A stretch of 64,000 nucleotides of DNA from contig NC_068989.1 in assembly GCF_001194135.2 (NCBI RefSeq), positions 24,672,182-24,736,181 on the forward strand, in the 5' to 3' direction. The position numbers and the translations under genes were made by a program. Every line of letters starts with the position of its first letter. The first letter of the stretch is position 1. This document shows, piece after piece, positions 39,590 to 51,803 of the stretch. The notes beneath the pieces were generated by a model. It was not told the DNA's origin. It saw only the letters and a program-made list of their open reading frames with translations, and searched no databases. Origin of the DNA: Octopus bimaculoides. Lineage: Eukaryota.

Positions 39590-40830
39590 ACTATCTTCAT
39601 CGACCCGTTGGTCGTTCTTGATGTGACACTAAGCAGAGGTCTTCAGGCTAGTAGCTGTCTATGCTCCCTCGGGAACTGGACAGTCTGATTTTTTTCTTGG
39701 GACGTCTCACACCATAATAATGTTAGCTGACTTTAACGTGATCTGCGATGCACGCGTAGATTACGTTAGATCGTCTACTGATAGGAGGGGAAACCCGTGC
39801 TTCAATAATCTGCTCAGTCTATTTCAGCTAGTAGATAGGTACAGGCTAGATGTCCACATGCTCCATTGTGGACATGGACTAATAGTGATGGGTCATCTAG
39901 ATCTTACTTAGACAGGATTCTAATTAGGGAAATAGACAAAAACCTAGTTAGTCGTCCACAATTTCACTATGTCAGCTACAGTGATCACAAATTTGTGACC
40001 TGTTGGCTGGACTTAGATACGTTACGTAGACAGGTATCCGGCTACTGAAACTCAATAAGTCTCATTTGGCTTATGAGGAGTACAGGAATTGGATTAGGCA
40101 GTTAGTGATGAGGGCATTGTGTGGTGCCATTATTAATAACAAATGGTGGTATGCCCTCAAAAGAGCCATAAGAATTGAGTCTATTAGGTAAATGAAAGAA
40201 TTAGTAGCTAAGAAAAATAGAGTAGAGAGGGCTTTAGTTAGGGCTATAGACGAAGCACTGGAATCTGTCTTCGCGCCCCGAGTTTTAGCTGCGAGAATAG
40301 CGCTTAACCATCACCTCGAGGCCCAAAACGAAAAATGCGTAGTCAGAGCGAAGCAACGTGCAATGGGCCGGGAAGGAATCAAAGCTGCGGGATGGGCCCG
40401 TGTGATAGAGACCCGACGTGACAATAATTGCATTATAAAGTCTTTGATGAATAATCAAGAGAACTTGGTAAACGAATCAGAGGAGATGTCTAAGGTCTTT
40501 CAATAGCTTTTCGCCTTGCTTTTCGGGAGGGGCGGCGGGCCGGAATGGAGAAGGGATATCACGTACTTCCTCGCGGAGTGCTGTGAAGGGCTAATCACAG
40601 CTGCGGGGGTACAGGAGGTTTTGTTGGACTGTGGCGGGGACAAGTCTCTGAGATGTGTGCAGGGCGATGAGACCGTCCCGCATGCACTTGTTCAGTGTCC
40701 AGGCATTCACGTTGGTCTGCAATTATTTCGACATCTGACGTGCGGCACACTTGGGCACCTGTATAGGCAACATCGATTTGATAAAGGAAGTGAGCTGATG
40801 CACAGCACATACACAGGATCACTATAAAAA
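39590..40830 (+). mobile_element. Tx1/L1-like LINE remnant: AP endonuclease and linker joined to the C-terminal zinc knuckle, RT domain missing
   Basis: FRLVAVYAP, LADFNV, WTWTNSDGSSRSYLDRIL, YSDH and GY*KLN, then within ~600 bp RCVQGDETVPHALVQCP. Confidence 0.8.
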
Positions 40831-40859
40831 AATCGTTTGTGCTGGTCGTTCTGATAAAA

Positions 40860-41318
40860 AGATGGGCTACAGCATATATTCTGCTCAATACCACAGATTT
40901 GCCTGTCAGTTGTTTGACCTTAACCAGTTGAGCATGTTCCTTAGTGGCTGACGATATGTGCATCTCTGATCACGAGCAGAAGTAATGGGGGACCATCATA
41001 GCCATGTGCTGAAAGGAATTCTTTGGGGTTTGGATAATTCACCTCTGGAAACATGGGTGTTTTGTTCATCATCCTTAAACAACTTTTATTCAGGGCCCTT
41101 TTGAGTGGGATGGGTTACTCGGCTTGAAAAAATTCTAACTGGGCCCCACCTTCAAGGTCATGCGCTGTTTAACTTGATATGAGATCACCGTGTAGCACAC
41201 ATATGCTCGAGGTGCTTGTACCTGGTGTACCCCTATCAGACGGGTAGTCATGATGGATATATTAGGCTTGGTATATTTGTACCCCAGTGTCACTTTTTTG
41301 GCATACGCTGCTTCCTCA

Positions 41319-41366
<48 letters not shown>
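40860..41366 (+). mobile_element. (AAT)n-tailed short retroposon, same family as the 21.6-23.2 kb array
   Basis: gatgggctacagc...ggctgacgatatgtgcatctctgatcacgagcagaag...cctcactg+(AAT)n. Confidence 0.85.
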
Positions 41367-41371
41367 TACTA

Positions 41372-41808
41372 AGGTAGCAAGCAGGCAGAATCGTTAGCAC
41401 GCCGTGTGAAATGCTTAGCAGTAATTCGTCTGTCGCTACGTTCTGAGTTCAAATTCCGCAGGGGTCGACTTTGTCTTTTACCCTTTCGGGGTCAATTAAA
41501 TAAATATCAGTCACGCACTGAGGTCGATGTAATCGACTTACACCCTCTATGCAAATTTCAGGCCTTGTGCCTGTAATAGAAAGGATTATTATCATTATTA
41601 TTAAGGCGGTGAGCTGGCAGAATCGTTAGCAAGCCGAGCGAAATGCTTAGCGATATTTCGTCTACCGCTACGTTCTGAGTTCAAATTCCGCCAGGGTCGA
41701 CGTTGCCTTTCACCCTTTCGGGGTCGTTAAGATAAGTACTAGTTACGCGATGCGTCGATGTAATCGACTGGTCCCCCCAAATTTCAGGCCTTGTGCCTTC
41801 AGTAAAAA
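41372..41808 (+). mobile_element. Two tandem SINE-A copies (41372-41585, 41602-41808)
   Basis: Each has the gcagaatcgttagc / gagttcaaattccgc / ttcggggtc consensus and ends ttgtgcct...aaaggattatt. Confidence 0.9.
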
Positions 41809-41811
41809 GGA

Positions 41812-43104
41812 TTATTATTATTATATAACTGTTCCATATTTGGTAGATCGAGGCAAATTTCTACTGCTGGAGTGTGTGAAGAATTTTGTGCTCTTTTCTG
41901 CTGTTGGGAATGTGCAAACTCTTCCTGGTACTGTATTGTGTTAGTTTGTTTTCTCTTGACGTATGGTGCAGTATTTTGTTGTGTTACTGCTTGTATTGTG
42001 AGTTGAGTGTGTAATGCTCTGACTTACTAGTGGCAGTTTACTTCTCTGGGTAAATGCTGTATAGAGTGTGTTTTGTATTTGTGGGTTGTTTTGTTCAGGC
42101 TGTATTATTGGATTGATAGTGTCTTGCATAGGATGTGGGCTGTTCCTAGCAGGGCTATTTTTGGACAGCGTGTTGTGGGTGTTGAGGATCCAGGTATAGC
42201 TTCTGCGTTTTTGTTCATTTGATTTTTTTTATCATGCCCATTGCTCCGATTATTATTGGTATTGTTTTTACCTTCATGCCCCACATTTTGAATGCTTCAA
42301 TTTCGAGGTCTTTGTACTTTGACAATTTCTCCACTTCTTTTTCTGACAATATTTTGATCGGAAAGGACTGCAATTTCTATCAGAAAGCAGGTGTTTCCCC
42401 CCGCCCCAATCCTTGATTATCATATCTGGACGATTAGCTTTTATTTTTTTGTCGGTTTGAAACGGCATATCCCAAATGATTGTAGCCTGGTCGTTGTCTT
42501 GTACCTAGGCTCGCTTACTTAGGTTCACTTACTTAGGTTCGCTTCCTCTCTATCAAGCCTTGCAGTGATTTTTCTCTCCATTTCTTATTGAGTATTTTTG
42601 TAATTCAGTTTTCATGTTGTTTTTTGTCTCTTTGACCATTTCTGCTATGTTGTCGTCTGAGGTCAGTGTGTCTGTGTACTTTGCTTCTGTTTTGTATTTT
42701 GTCGCCTCCTTGTGTACAGAAGAAACCGTTTTCTTTTTCTCGTGTTACTTTTCTACATGCAGTAGTTTTCCACTCTTTGTGTTTCAGTACTTTACTAGTC
42801 CAGCTGTTGCTATTTTGTAGTAATTCTCTATCTGTATCAGGCCACGGCCTCCTTCTGAGCGCGTAGATATATTCTTTCTGCGTCTGCTTTGTGAGTGGTG
42901 ACTTCGGTACGCTGTTAGTAGTTTTATGGTTTTTCTATCCAGGTTTCTCAATTCACTGATCCTCCAGTTTATTATGTTAAGGCTATAGTGTATGACTGGT
43001 ATGGCTAGCGTGTTTATCCCTATTATCTTATTTTTAGCATTAAGTTCAGTATTTAACATTAGTCTAACTCTTCTGTAATACACTTTCCTGATTTTTTCTT
43101 TCAC
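41812..43104 (-). mobile_element. R4/Dong-clade LINE, 5'-truncated and internally deleted, with RLE endonuclease
   Basis: ELNAKNKIIGINTLAIPVIHYSLNIINW...LDRKT...EGGRGLIQIE, then IIWDMPFQTDKKIKANRPDMIIKD...EKLSKYKDLEIE...TIPIIIGAMG...IALLGTAHIL. The (TAA)n tail is at ~41812-41823. Confidence 0.9.
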
Positions 43105-43300
43105 TTCTTCTTCTTCTTCTTCTTCTCGTCCGTCGTCTACTACCGCTTGACCGTCGTGCCTTGCCCCCGTTGACGCACCTCCTCTTCAAATTCTTGTGGA
43201 GGGGACAGGTTCCATTGGTGAGACGGTCCATCTGCTCCCAACACTTTCTACGCGGAGGGACGGGCATGCCGTGGCTAATGATGTGCAAACATAGACATTT
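43105..43300 (-). mobile_element. Possible RTE-type LINE 3' stub with (GAA)n tail
   Basis: A GC-rich segment ending in (GAA)n on the minus strand. Family call is weak. Confidence 0.3.
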
Positions 43301-43589
43301 CTCTGAAAAACATCTCAAATCTTTGAATCACACACAGTGATATTTCATAGTTTGAAGTAATAGAAAAGGCTTACACATTTTTGGGGAGCCGTTAAATAGC
43401 CATCCTATCATCGTGGCTGCTTACAGTAGCACTGGAAACCGAATGGGAGAGGAGGGGAAAGGGAGAGGGGCGAAGGGGAAGAAGGTAAGCTCGCCGAAAT
43501 TCCAGTATGGGGATGAATTTATGTATAGAAACCTGGAATTTTGAGAGGAGTGTCGTCAAGTTGGACATAGCATAGCTAAGATATAGGAA

Positions 43590-45013
43590 TCTATGAACAA
43601 CATATTATAATTATCATTAATATTAATACGCCAATTTGTTTTTTTTACGTATCTGATGCGTGTGTCACGCTTAAGAGAAAGAAAGTTTTGAAAGAAATTT
43701 TGTTGCTTAAATAAAATTTTAAAACTAGGTTTCTTGTAATTTCTGGAAGAGATTTGAAACAACCACCTACGTGTTGTATTACTACTTCTCAACACCCATG
43801 CCTACTAGTCCACCGAAGCAGCAACGATCTTAATGGGATAATTAAGATATTTAAATTTGACGTGTGTGTCGATCAAGGGAGAGAGGAAGTGAGAAAGAAG
43901 TGGGGAGAGAGAGAACGATAGGGAGTGGCTAAAATCCTTTGAATTCTTTTCTACGATTGAACTGAAATTGCCCCCTGGCTATTAAAGCCCCCCGCCCAAA
44001 ACACACACACATTTGTTTTAGGTCTTCTACCCATTTCAATTCGGCCATACACCAGATAACATGTTAAGTCTGATGTTCCAAAATTTAAATTTTGAATTTG
44101 TTTTAATTATAAAATTACACCTCAGCTAAAAAACATTTTTTTGGCTTTCGAATACAATCTTTTCNNNNNNNNNNATAAAAAATATTAATTCAATTTTTTC
44201 CTTTCCTTAATACTAACAAGAGCATAGCTGTTATTTCTAGTAAATTGAACAACCACACTGAGTTGTTCAATTGGCTCGTTTGTTGATGTGTATAAGTAAA
44301 CAAAACTAAAAGACACACACACACACACACATATGAATGAGTCTGTGTTTGTCCCACCACCACCATTGCTTGACAACCGATGTTGGTGTGTTTGCATCCC
44401 TGAGAGACTGATAGAATAAGCGCCCAGGCTCACAGGGAATAAACCGAGGGCTCGATTTCTTCGACTAAAGGGTGGTGCTCTAGCATGGCCACAGTCAAAT
44501 GACCGAAAAAATTAAAAGTATAAAAGAATACGAGAAAAACGTTCAGTATCACTAAACCAAGCGGGTTCTCTGAATATGTACGATGTATTTTAAGGCTAAA
44601 TAGTTATTCTGTTTGCGTTTGCGTAACTGAGATGTTGGTTGGATTATACAGTTATCGGTTTTACCCTTCTTTTTATATTCTGTAACTGTCGCAATATACT
44701 TTTCTACTCTAGACACAAGTCCTGAAACTTTTTGGGGAGAGGGCCAGTCAATTAAAGCGACACCAGTACACAACTGGTACTTAATTTATCGACCCCGAAA
44801 GGATGAAAGGCAAAGTCGACCTCGGTAGAATTTGAACTCAGTAGGTAAAGACAGACGAAATATTGCTAAGCATTTCGCCCGGCGTGTTAACGGTTCTGCC
44901 AGCACGCCGCCTTTAACTGTCACAATATAGAAACATTTTCCATGGCACCAAACACAATTTACAGATACTTACATTTTTTATATTTCCCGTGAAGTTTTCA
45001 CGGGTTCAGCAAG
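43590..45013 (+). mobile_element. Non-autonomous Helitron copy B carrying a SINE-B 3' half and SINE-A
   Basis: A|TCTATG 5' end at 43590, 3' hairpin cccgtgaa-gtt-ttcacggg (44986-45004), and CAAG|T end at 45013. Inverted colinear match to 10677-12267. Confidence 0.8.
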
Positions 45014-45124
45014 TTGTTGTTGTTGTTGTTGTTGTTGTTGTTCTTCTTCTTCTTCTTCTTCTTCTTCTTCTTCTTCTTCTNNNNNNNNNNTCTTCTTCTT
45101 CTTCTTCTTCTTCTTCTTCTTCTT

Positions 45125-45153
<29 letters not shown>
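45014..45153 (+). repeat. Compound (GTT)n(CTT)n microsatellite forming the pyrimidine tract of the exon C acceptor
   Basis: Directly visible. Contains a 10-N gap. Confidence 0.95.
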
Positions 45154-45158
<5 letters not shown>

Positions 45159-45182
45159 GTTCTTCCTCTTCTTTGGTCGTAG

Positions 45183-45334
45183 TTGACAACTACTGGTCGA
45201 CAGCTCAATCGTCTAATTACCATATACCAGTCCGGTGTGATGTAGATGGAATCGCAAAGTTTACTCCTTTCCATCATATTTATGATTTCTTCCACTTCCG
45301 CTCTGGTCTTCCAGATGACCCCACCATCTTTGAA
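45183..45334 (+). CDS. Coding exon C (VDNYWSTAQSSNYHIPVRCDVDGIAKFTPFHHIYDFFHFRSGLPDDPTIFE)
   Basis: Acceptor ctttggtcgtAG after a (CTT)n tract and donor GTAAGT at 45335. 152 nt, phase 1-0. IPVRC and G-x-P-x-D-P-x-x-F resemble the ependymin C-terminal G-I-x-D-P-x-V-F motif. Confidence 0.92.
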
Positions 45335-45835
45335 GTAAGTAATTTATATATATATTTTTTATTTTGATCACTCGTTTATAATAAATCTTATTTGTATCAC
45401 TTGGCAACATGGAAGGTCTTGATTATAGTCAACTGAATCAACGCGAGTATGTTTTTATGTTGCTGTTGATAATGATGATGCTTAACCCTTTAGAAGCACT
45501 GATCGACAAAGACATTCCAGCTGATGCCATTTTTATATTTCACTGTGTCTACATTATCTTACTGTTTTGCAGACTATAAGGTGTCAATTTTGATCAAGCA
45601 ACTGTGTATAGGCTCCTTGTCTTGGCTCATCACCAGTGCTTGTACATATAGGGCAAGGCTGAGAAGATGAAATGAATTGAATCAGATTCAAAGCTAGAAA
45701 TTTGACGATCAAAACTGAATGCTACAACAAATCGTATCAGTATCTCTACTTCAATTGTAGTTAATCTTATGAGTGCACAACTGAGTTAGGGTGGTGGATG
45801 TGAAAAGTATTTTGAGAAATGATAAGTGACCGTAA

Positions 45836-45947
45836 AAAAAAGGCCGTCTTCACCCTCTCACTCGCCGACGTGACGTCATCTCGTGCCCCTTTAGGTCCGT
45901 TCGTGACATCACTCCTTCTCCCTTTCGGTCACATTTCTTCCACTACA
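45836..45947 (-). repeat. Truncated 3' LTR of the Gypsy element
   Basis: ccgtcttcaccctctcactcgccgacgtgacgtcatctcgt... versus ccgtcttcaacctcttgctcaccgacgtgacgtcatctcgt...; begins TGT on -. Confidence 0.75.
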
Positions 45948-46149
45948 CTCTCCTGGATCTAAAGAGCACTGCCTTCCTGTTCTATTTCGTAATAGTCCAT
46001 CCACTTGGGGCTGGGGTGGGGCGACGTTCCCTTTGAGGTCACTGTAGGGTCACAGGCCCCACATCTTCCTTCCCTTCGTCAGTGGAAGAGCTAATCACCC
46101 TTCGAATGTTCAGGACGTGATGTCACATTCCGCACACTGATACACTATT

Positions 46150-49100
46150 AGGAGTACTCATCGCGGTTACCGTTCCTTTTTCTCATTGCGTTGTTCACCG
46201 AGCGTTCAGGAGATTCACCCACACTTCGTCTCCGACATGTAAAGATGTAATCCCTTCCACCTCTGCTGCTACGGAACCACACTCGTGTGTCTCTAGTTGT
46301 ACCAGAATATGGCTCTTTGCGGGACCGACTTTTTGGTTTGCCCTACCTTGGGCGACATGTACCAGGAAACTCTGTATAGTAGAGATTCGTCCCCTTTCAG
46401 CCATGGCTTTAATCGTACGGTGGTGCCGTTCTGCAACCCCGTTTCCACCTGGCCTATATGCAGCTTTGAAGAAGCGTCTTGTGCTTCACCTTTCAAGCAT
46501 CTCCCTCAACTGCTCTGAGCGAAAAACTGCTGTTGTCCATAAATCGCTCGTCGACAGGCCCCCTTTCCAAGAGCACGGTATTCAGCACTTCTGCGACTTT
46601 GGCAGTAGTCTCTGCCCGGATCTCTCTCTATATAGCCATTCTCACCGGTTCACTGTCGAGCACTGAAAGGTACATCTTTCCTTGATAGTGCGTCACATCA
46701 ATGGCTAGCCTTTTGCAGGCTTCCTCAACCCGAATCTTTCCCGTTCTGTTTTGTGTACACTTGGGGCAGGGTCAATGGATTAGCACCTGTTGCTCTTCTC
46801 CACTATCCTCTGAACATTCTCCCTGGTGACATCAGGATTGACCGTCCTGGCCCAAAACATCATCCTGTCGACCCCACCATGCGGGGCATGTTATGCAACC
46901 TCCTCAGTTCTGTGCCCTCTAGCCGACAAACCACAGCTACTCCACTCGGAACCTTCTCTGCTGTTTCCAACCAATATTTAAAAAAAATCTGGTTAGAACG
47001 TCCGCCTTATTCTTTTCCGTGGGCACGAAAACCAAATGGAATCCCAGGCCGAACTCAGCAGCTAAGTCCCTCAGGATTCCCAGGCGACGCTTAATCGCCA
47101 TCTCCCGCGGCCCATTTCGTGCGAATCCTCTTCTGGTTGGTGATCACGGTATCCATCTACCCTCACACCATAGCAGAATAAGGCCGGACAGTTCGCAGTC
47201 CTCACCCCAGCGCTAGATTCACACCCTTTAATACAATGCCCAGTTCAGCTACATTGATGTAGTTGTTATTATCCTTCTTCCTAAGCCACGCCGTGTCTTC
47301 TACCTCAACACCTATTTCCAGAATGACTTTGAACGCTATGTTATTCGCGTCGCTCCACACGATCCCTTTTCTTGGTATCAGGCACGTACCAGCTGCCCTT
47401 CACTGTATATTCCGCTCGCACTCTCTCCAAGACCTCTCACATCATCACCATCGTCTTCTCTCTCACTTATCACCACAGTTTACTCCTCCTCGCCTTTTGA
47501 TATAGCTACATGTCGTTCAGAGCCATCCTGCGACAGGGTAGTGACCCACCAGCTTCCCATACATCGAGAACAGCCCCCGCCTATTCAAATACTGATTTAG
47601 GTCTGTGATCTCATTTCCTCTGTGAAACACAAGCCTACCCGCTTTATCTCTTTCGAGCCTGAGCCTCAGCACCGTACCTCCAATAGCTTCTGGTGGTTTT
47701 GTCGTTAGTCCAAACCTCCCAAGATGCTTCACGATTTCCTTTGCTGATGCCATATTCTCATCTACCAAAATATCAATATATGAGCTGGCAGCCTGCTCTA
47801 CTTTGGTCTCTTTTCCCCAAATCACCTGGAGGACCTTCGTCATGATCTTCGGCGCCTAACTCAGCCGAAACCCAGTCGGGTTAAGCAGTATATTCTTTTC
47901 CTGTACTAGTTGGTACTTACACAACTTCTCTGATACGTGGAGCTGTAGATAGGCTGACTTAAGATCGACGATCGTAGTCGTCCCCTTCATTCGCCTCCAC
48001 TCACGAAGGTTTTCTCCATACACGTCCGCTGTCGCACCGCTCATATAACAGGACACGTGTTCGTTCAACTCCTTGAAGTGCAGCACCGGTCGAACCTTAT
48101 TCTTTGTCGGCTGAATCACAGCCATCAACGGCAGCACACCGCTCATTGCCTCCTCACTCCATGGCATCAGAATGTCCTTCTCTATCCATCTGTCTCTCGA
48201 ATCCGAGCCTAACTTCTCTTTCAGGGTGTTCTCATAGCAGCTCACACAGTTTCTCAGTACGGGGGTTTTTCCTTTCAGATAGTATTTCACTGACCATCTT
48301 TTGTTGTCGAACTCAGCACGGAAGTCCTCGTCTTTAATTGTGCCTATGGAAACCCCTCTCTCAGCCGATAATCTGTCACTGCTACAGTCATCTTCCGCTC
48401 CACGCTCATGGCACGCAGCACACAAGTCACCAAAGTCTATTTCTGCACCGACAACCGTCACACCATCCAATCGTGTGATCACATCCATTTCAAGTGCTAC
48501 GTCGACGCCATCCACCACCTCATCAACTCCAATCGCCTGCAGCCTCAGCACGGACCCCTGTATCTCCAGTACTACTTCGTTGACGCCCCCATAGTCGACC
48601 CCACCTGCCATTCACCGCACTAAGCCTGATGTTTCCTCTCCAGCTCTCGACCATTCTCGCGGTTACCAAAGTCGTCGCACAATCCATATACACGAGGGCT
48701 CGTGCTTCCCTCACCCCCACCATAAGCCTTACTACAGGCAACGATCGATGGTGCGCCTTCAGTTGGTCGTGGGGGAAAGTAGCGCGCAGTAGTTTCCCTC
48801 TCTTCGTTTCCCTGTTTGCAGTTTATTAGCTATATGCCCAGGCTGGCTGCATCGGTAACAAACCACCATTGGTTTTAGTTCCGCACATTCCCTGACCATA
48901 TGCGGACCTCGACATCTAAAGCATAGTCCCTTGGCTGTTTGCCTCACCCGACTCTTGCTGTCGTTGTTCACCGCCTGCCTCTTAGTTCTGCTCGTATCCG
49001 CCGCCACTGTTGCCGCTACGTCGTGTGTGTTGCTTTGCATCAACACTAGCGTTTTGTCTATCATTTCTCCTACCGACATCGTTTCGATGTCCGGTATCTG

Positions 49101-49524
49101 CTGCAGACGTAACGAGATATATTTGGGGAATCTGGTCACAAAAGCCGGCTTCACTATTCGCTCCATCGTTGCTCCAGTAAACTCTGCTAGGCCCACCAAC
49201 CTTCTAATCTCGCTCACGTAGTCGTCTATCTGCCCACCCATCTATCTTACTCTCCTGAGTTTACTGCAGGCTTTAAAACCTCCTCCCACATACGCTCTTC
49301 AGCTGCTCTTCAATATTTTCCGCCTTCTCCTGGTCCACTTCGTCCATCTCCAAGCACAGATTCTACGCATGGCTTTCTAAGTACAGCGCATCTTCTGATG
49401 TTAGCCGCATCTTCTATACCCTGCAGCTTCGCCACGAGTCTCACCTTTTTTACATAGGCACAACATTGCCTTCCCCAGTAAACGGTCTCAACACATCACT
49501 ACTAATTCTGATGTTTGTGACCAT
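46150..49524 (-). pseudogene. gag-pol of the Gypsy element with multiple stops and frameshifts
   Basis: Broken over ORFs 48759..49241, 47856..48611, 47517..47843 and others. The RT YIDD motif is reduced to YID (47780-47772). Confidence 0.88.
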
Positions 49525-49544
49525 CGCGCGCCGGTGGTCAGAAT

Positions 49545-49929
49545 GATATGAGCGCAAAAACGAGGAAGAACAACAGAAAAAAAGAAAATATACACATAAT
49601 TCTCAGACGTATATTCGCAGCTGGTAACGAAGTGCCGAAATGGCTTATGGTTTAAAGGCACGAAATAAAGTTGCTCTTACCTCGAGTTGTAGTCAGGAAC
49701 AAGCTAATTCATTGATTTGTAATCACGTGTCGACTCTGCCGATTTCTCGCTAGCTAGCAGTACTACGCCACGACTGTTAGCAACACACGGCCTTCCTCGC
49801 TGCAAACCCCCAGTAAGAAAGAGACCGTCTTCAACCTCTTGCTCACCGACGTGACGTCATCTCGTACGCCTTCCGGTCCCTCCGCGACGTCACTCCCTCT
49901 TCCTTTCGGTCATTTATCCTTTCACCATA
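49545..49929 (-). repeat. 5' LTR of the Gypsy element
   Basis: Its outer ~110 bp match 45836-45947. The inner boundary is inferred from ...tatca just upstream of the gag ATG. Confidence 0.6.
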
Positions 49930-50509
49930 AGAAGTGCCAAACAACTTCACTTTAAATCTAAACCAAGGTGGCGGATTAGCGTAACAGTAAGAACGCCGGA
50001 TCTAATGATTTGCAGTATTTGTTCCGGTTCTTTGTATGCTGGTTACAAAGCCTTTAGACTAAAGCTGTCACTTAGTTTAACACCACTTCCTGGCACCTTG
50101 GGTGCATTTAGCGAAATCTACTCTGTTTAATGCATTCAGGCTAGGTCCTGGTTTGGAAATATATTTCTCCTTCCTTCCAACCAGTTCGGAAACACTGAAA
50201 AAGGCCATAAGTATTGGCTTTCATCCTGACTAAAATAATGAAAAATATGTGATCTGAGTTGATTTTGGCGCTACATAACAATAACAACACGAGTCAATAA
50301 GTCTGTATGTGGTCATCTTAGTTAAAACGGTAGCCAAATCTCTTTTAAATCACTCCCTACGATTTTAGACAAGGACACATTAGTTAATGGTGTTTTAGTT
50401 TCAATGTAGACTGGAAGAAGACAGCAGGCTCACTTCAGAAATTATTCTAATTAAAGCAACTCCGATAAAAAAAGAAGTCAGAGAGACTTGCTTTGTTTGC
50501 TAGTTGTTG

Positions 50510-50850
50510 TTGTTGGCGCTTCGTCGCTTACGACGTCGAGGGTTCCAGTTGATCCGATCAACGGAACACCCTGCTCGTGAAATTAACGTGCAAGTGGCTG
50601 AGTACTCCACAGACACGTGTACCAGCGTGACACAGTGTGACCCTTTGAATTACAGGCACAACAGAAAGTAAGAGTGAGAGAAAGTTGTGGTGAAAGAGTA
50701 CAACAGGGTTCGCCACCATCCCCTGTCGGAGCCTCGTGGAGCTTTAGGCGTTTTCGCTCAATAAACACTCACAATGCCCGGTCTAGGAATCGAAACCGCG
50801 ATCCTATGACCGTAAGTCCGCTGCCCTAACCACTGGGCCATTGCGCCTCC
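50510..50850 (-). mobile_element. tRNA-derived SINE family C
   Basis: Minus-strand head ggaggcgcaatggcccagtggttagggcagcggac...ggtttcgattcctagaccgggc with clear A and B boxes, followed by a non-tRNA body and a (CAA)-type tail. Confidence 0.85.
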
Positions 50851-51004
50851 TGTTTGTAAGTATAACAACAATAACAGTAACAACAATCTGGAAACTTTAT
50901 AGCCTTCATTCATAAATCCTAGGGGACAACTCTCAAATTTATTAATAAGTTAGACAAAAATTATTATTTAGCATGTATTGCACTATACCTATCTTAATGT
51001 AAAT

Positions 51005-51205
51005 GTGGTGAGCTGGAAGAATCGTTAACATACTGGGGAAAGAGCTTAGCAGCATTTCATCCGTCTTTACGTTTTGAGTTCAAATTCTGTCGAGGTGAAC
51101 TTTGCCTTTCATCCTTTCGGAGTCGATGAAATAAATACTAGTTGAGTACTGTCTAGAGTCTCTGTAATCGACTTATCCACTCCCACGAAATTGCTGGCAT
51201 TGTGC
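51005..51205 (+). mobile_element. SINE-A
   Basis: ggtgagctggaagaatcgttaac...gagttcaaattctgtcgagg...tttcggagtcgat. Confidence 0.8.
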
Positions 51206-51637
51206 CCCCCCCCCCACATATTACTAGGGTACTTGGCAAAATATCTTTGCAGTAAACACCTACGTGTTTACCGTACGCTTCGTACGGTTTCGAAGAGCAA
51301 TATTCCTGAGTTAACACTGGTTATAAATAGGCATAAAACCAGGAAATAGTAATATCTTCATATTACTCTGAAATAAATAGATAAATATCGATGGGTAAAT
51401 GTATGTATATCTGTGCGTGTTGCAAAACATACTGCAGATGACCAGGTGATTGATAGGAAAAATGAAAAGTCGGCACCGGCAGACTCGTACAGACTGGTCA
51501 GTTCTGGTATCTAAGACTACATGGTTCCTTCCAACGGTACACACAACTTATTAGAGTTGCTAATATGTAGGCGAGGGAGCACAAAAAAAAAATGGAAAAT
51601 ACAGATCAAAACGAACAGAGAATATGCAAGTTCTTAG

Positions 51638-51803
51638 CAGGGCCGGCCCTAGGGTTGCTGGCGCCCCGGGCAAGCTGAAGTTCGTCGTGAACAAGCTGAC
51701 GGTCGTAGAAATTTCCTTGTCTTTGTCACGCCCTCCTTCTCGCTCCCTAGCACATGACGCCCCGGGCGACTACCCGAGTTGCCAGTACTTTTAGCCGGTC
51801 ATG
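51638..51803. mobile_element. hAT-type MITE
   Basis: Left CAGGGCCGGC versus right GCCGGTCATG (8/10 inverted match). 8-bp flanks gttcttag / ggtcttaa (6/8) suggest a TSD. Confidence 0.65.

Larger units (their letters stand above)
45836..49929 (-). mobile_element. Ty3/Gypsy LTR retrotransposon, decayed, antisense in the intron between exons C and D
   Basis: Order gag-PR-RT-RH-IN on -: MVTNIRISSDVLRPFTGEG (ATG 49524), CFRCRGPHMVREC knuckle, KVRPVL, VDLKSAYLQL, SYID, INVAEL, IDVTHY. Direct repeats 45836-45947 and ~49820-49929, with a purine tract aggagag before TGT at 45947. Confidence 0.92.

Noticed and set aside
50770-50850. tRNA gene
   Set aside because: It has A/B boxes but no acceptor stem closure and continues into a SINE body, so it is a SINE head.
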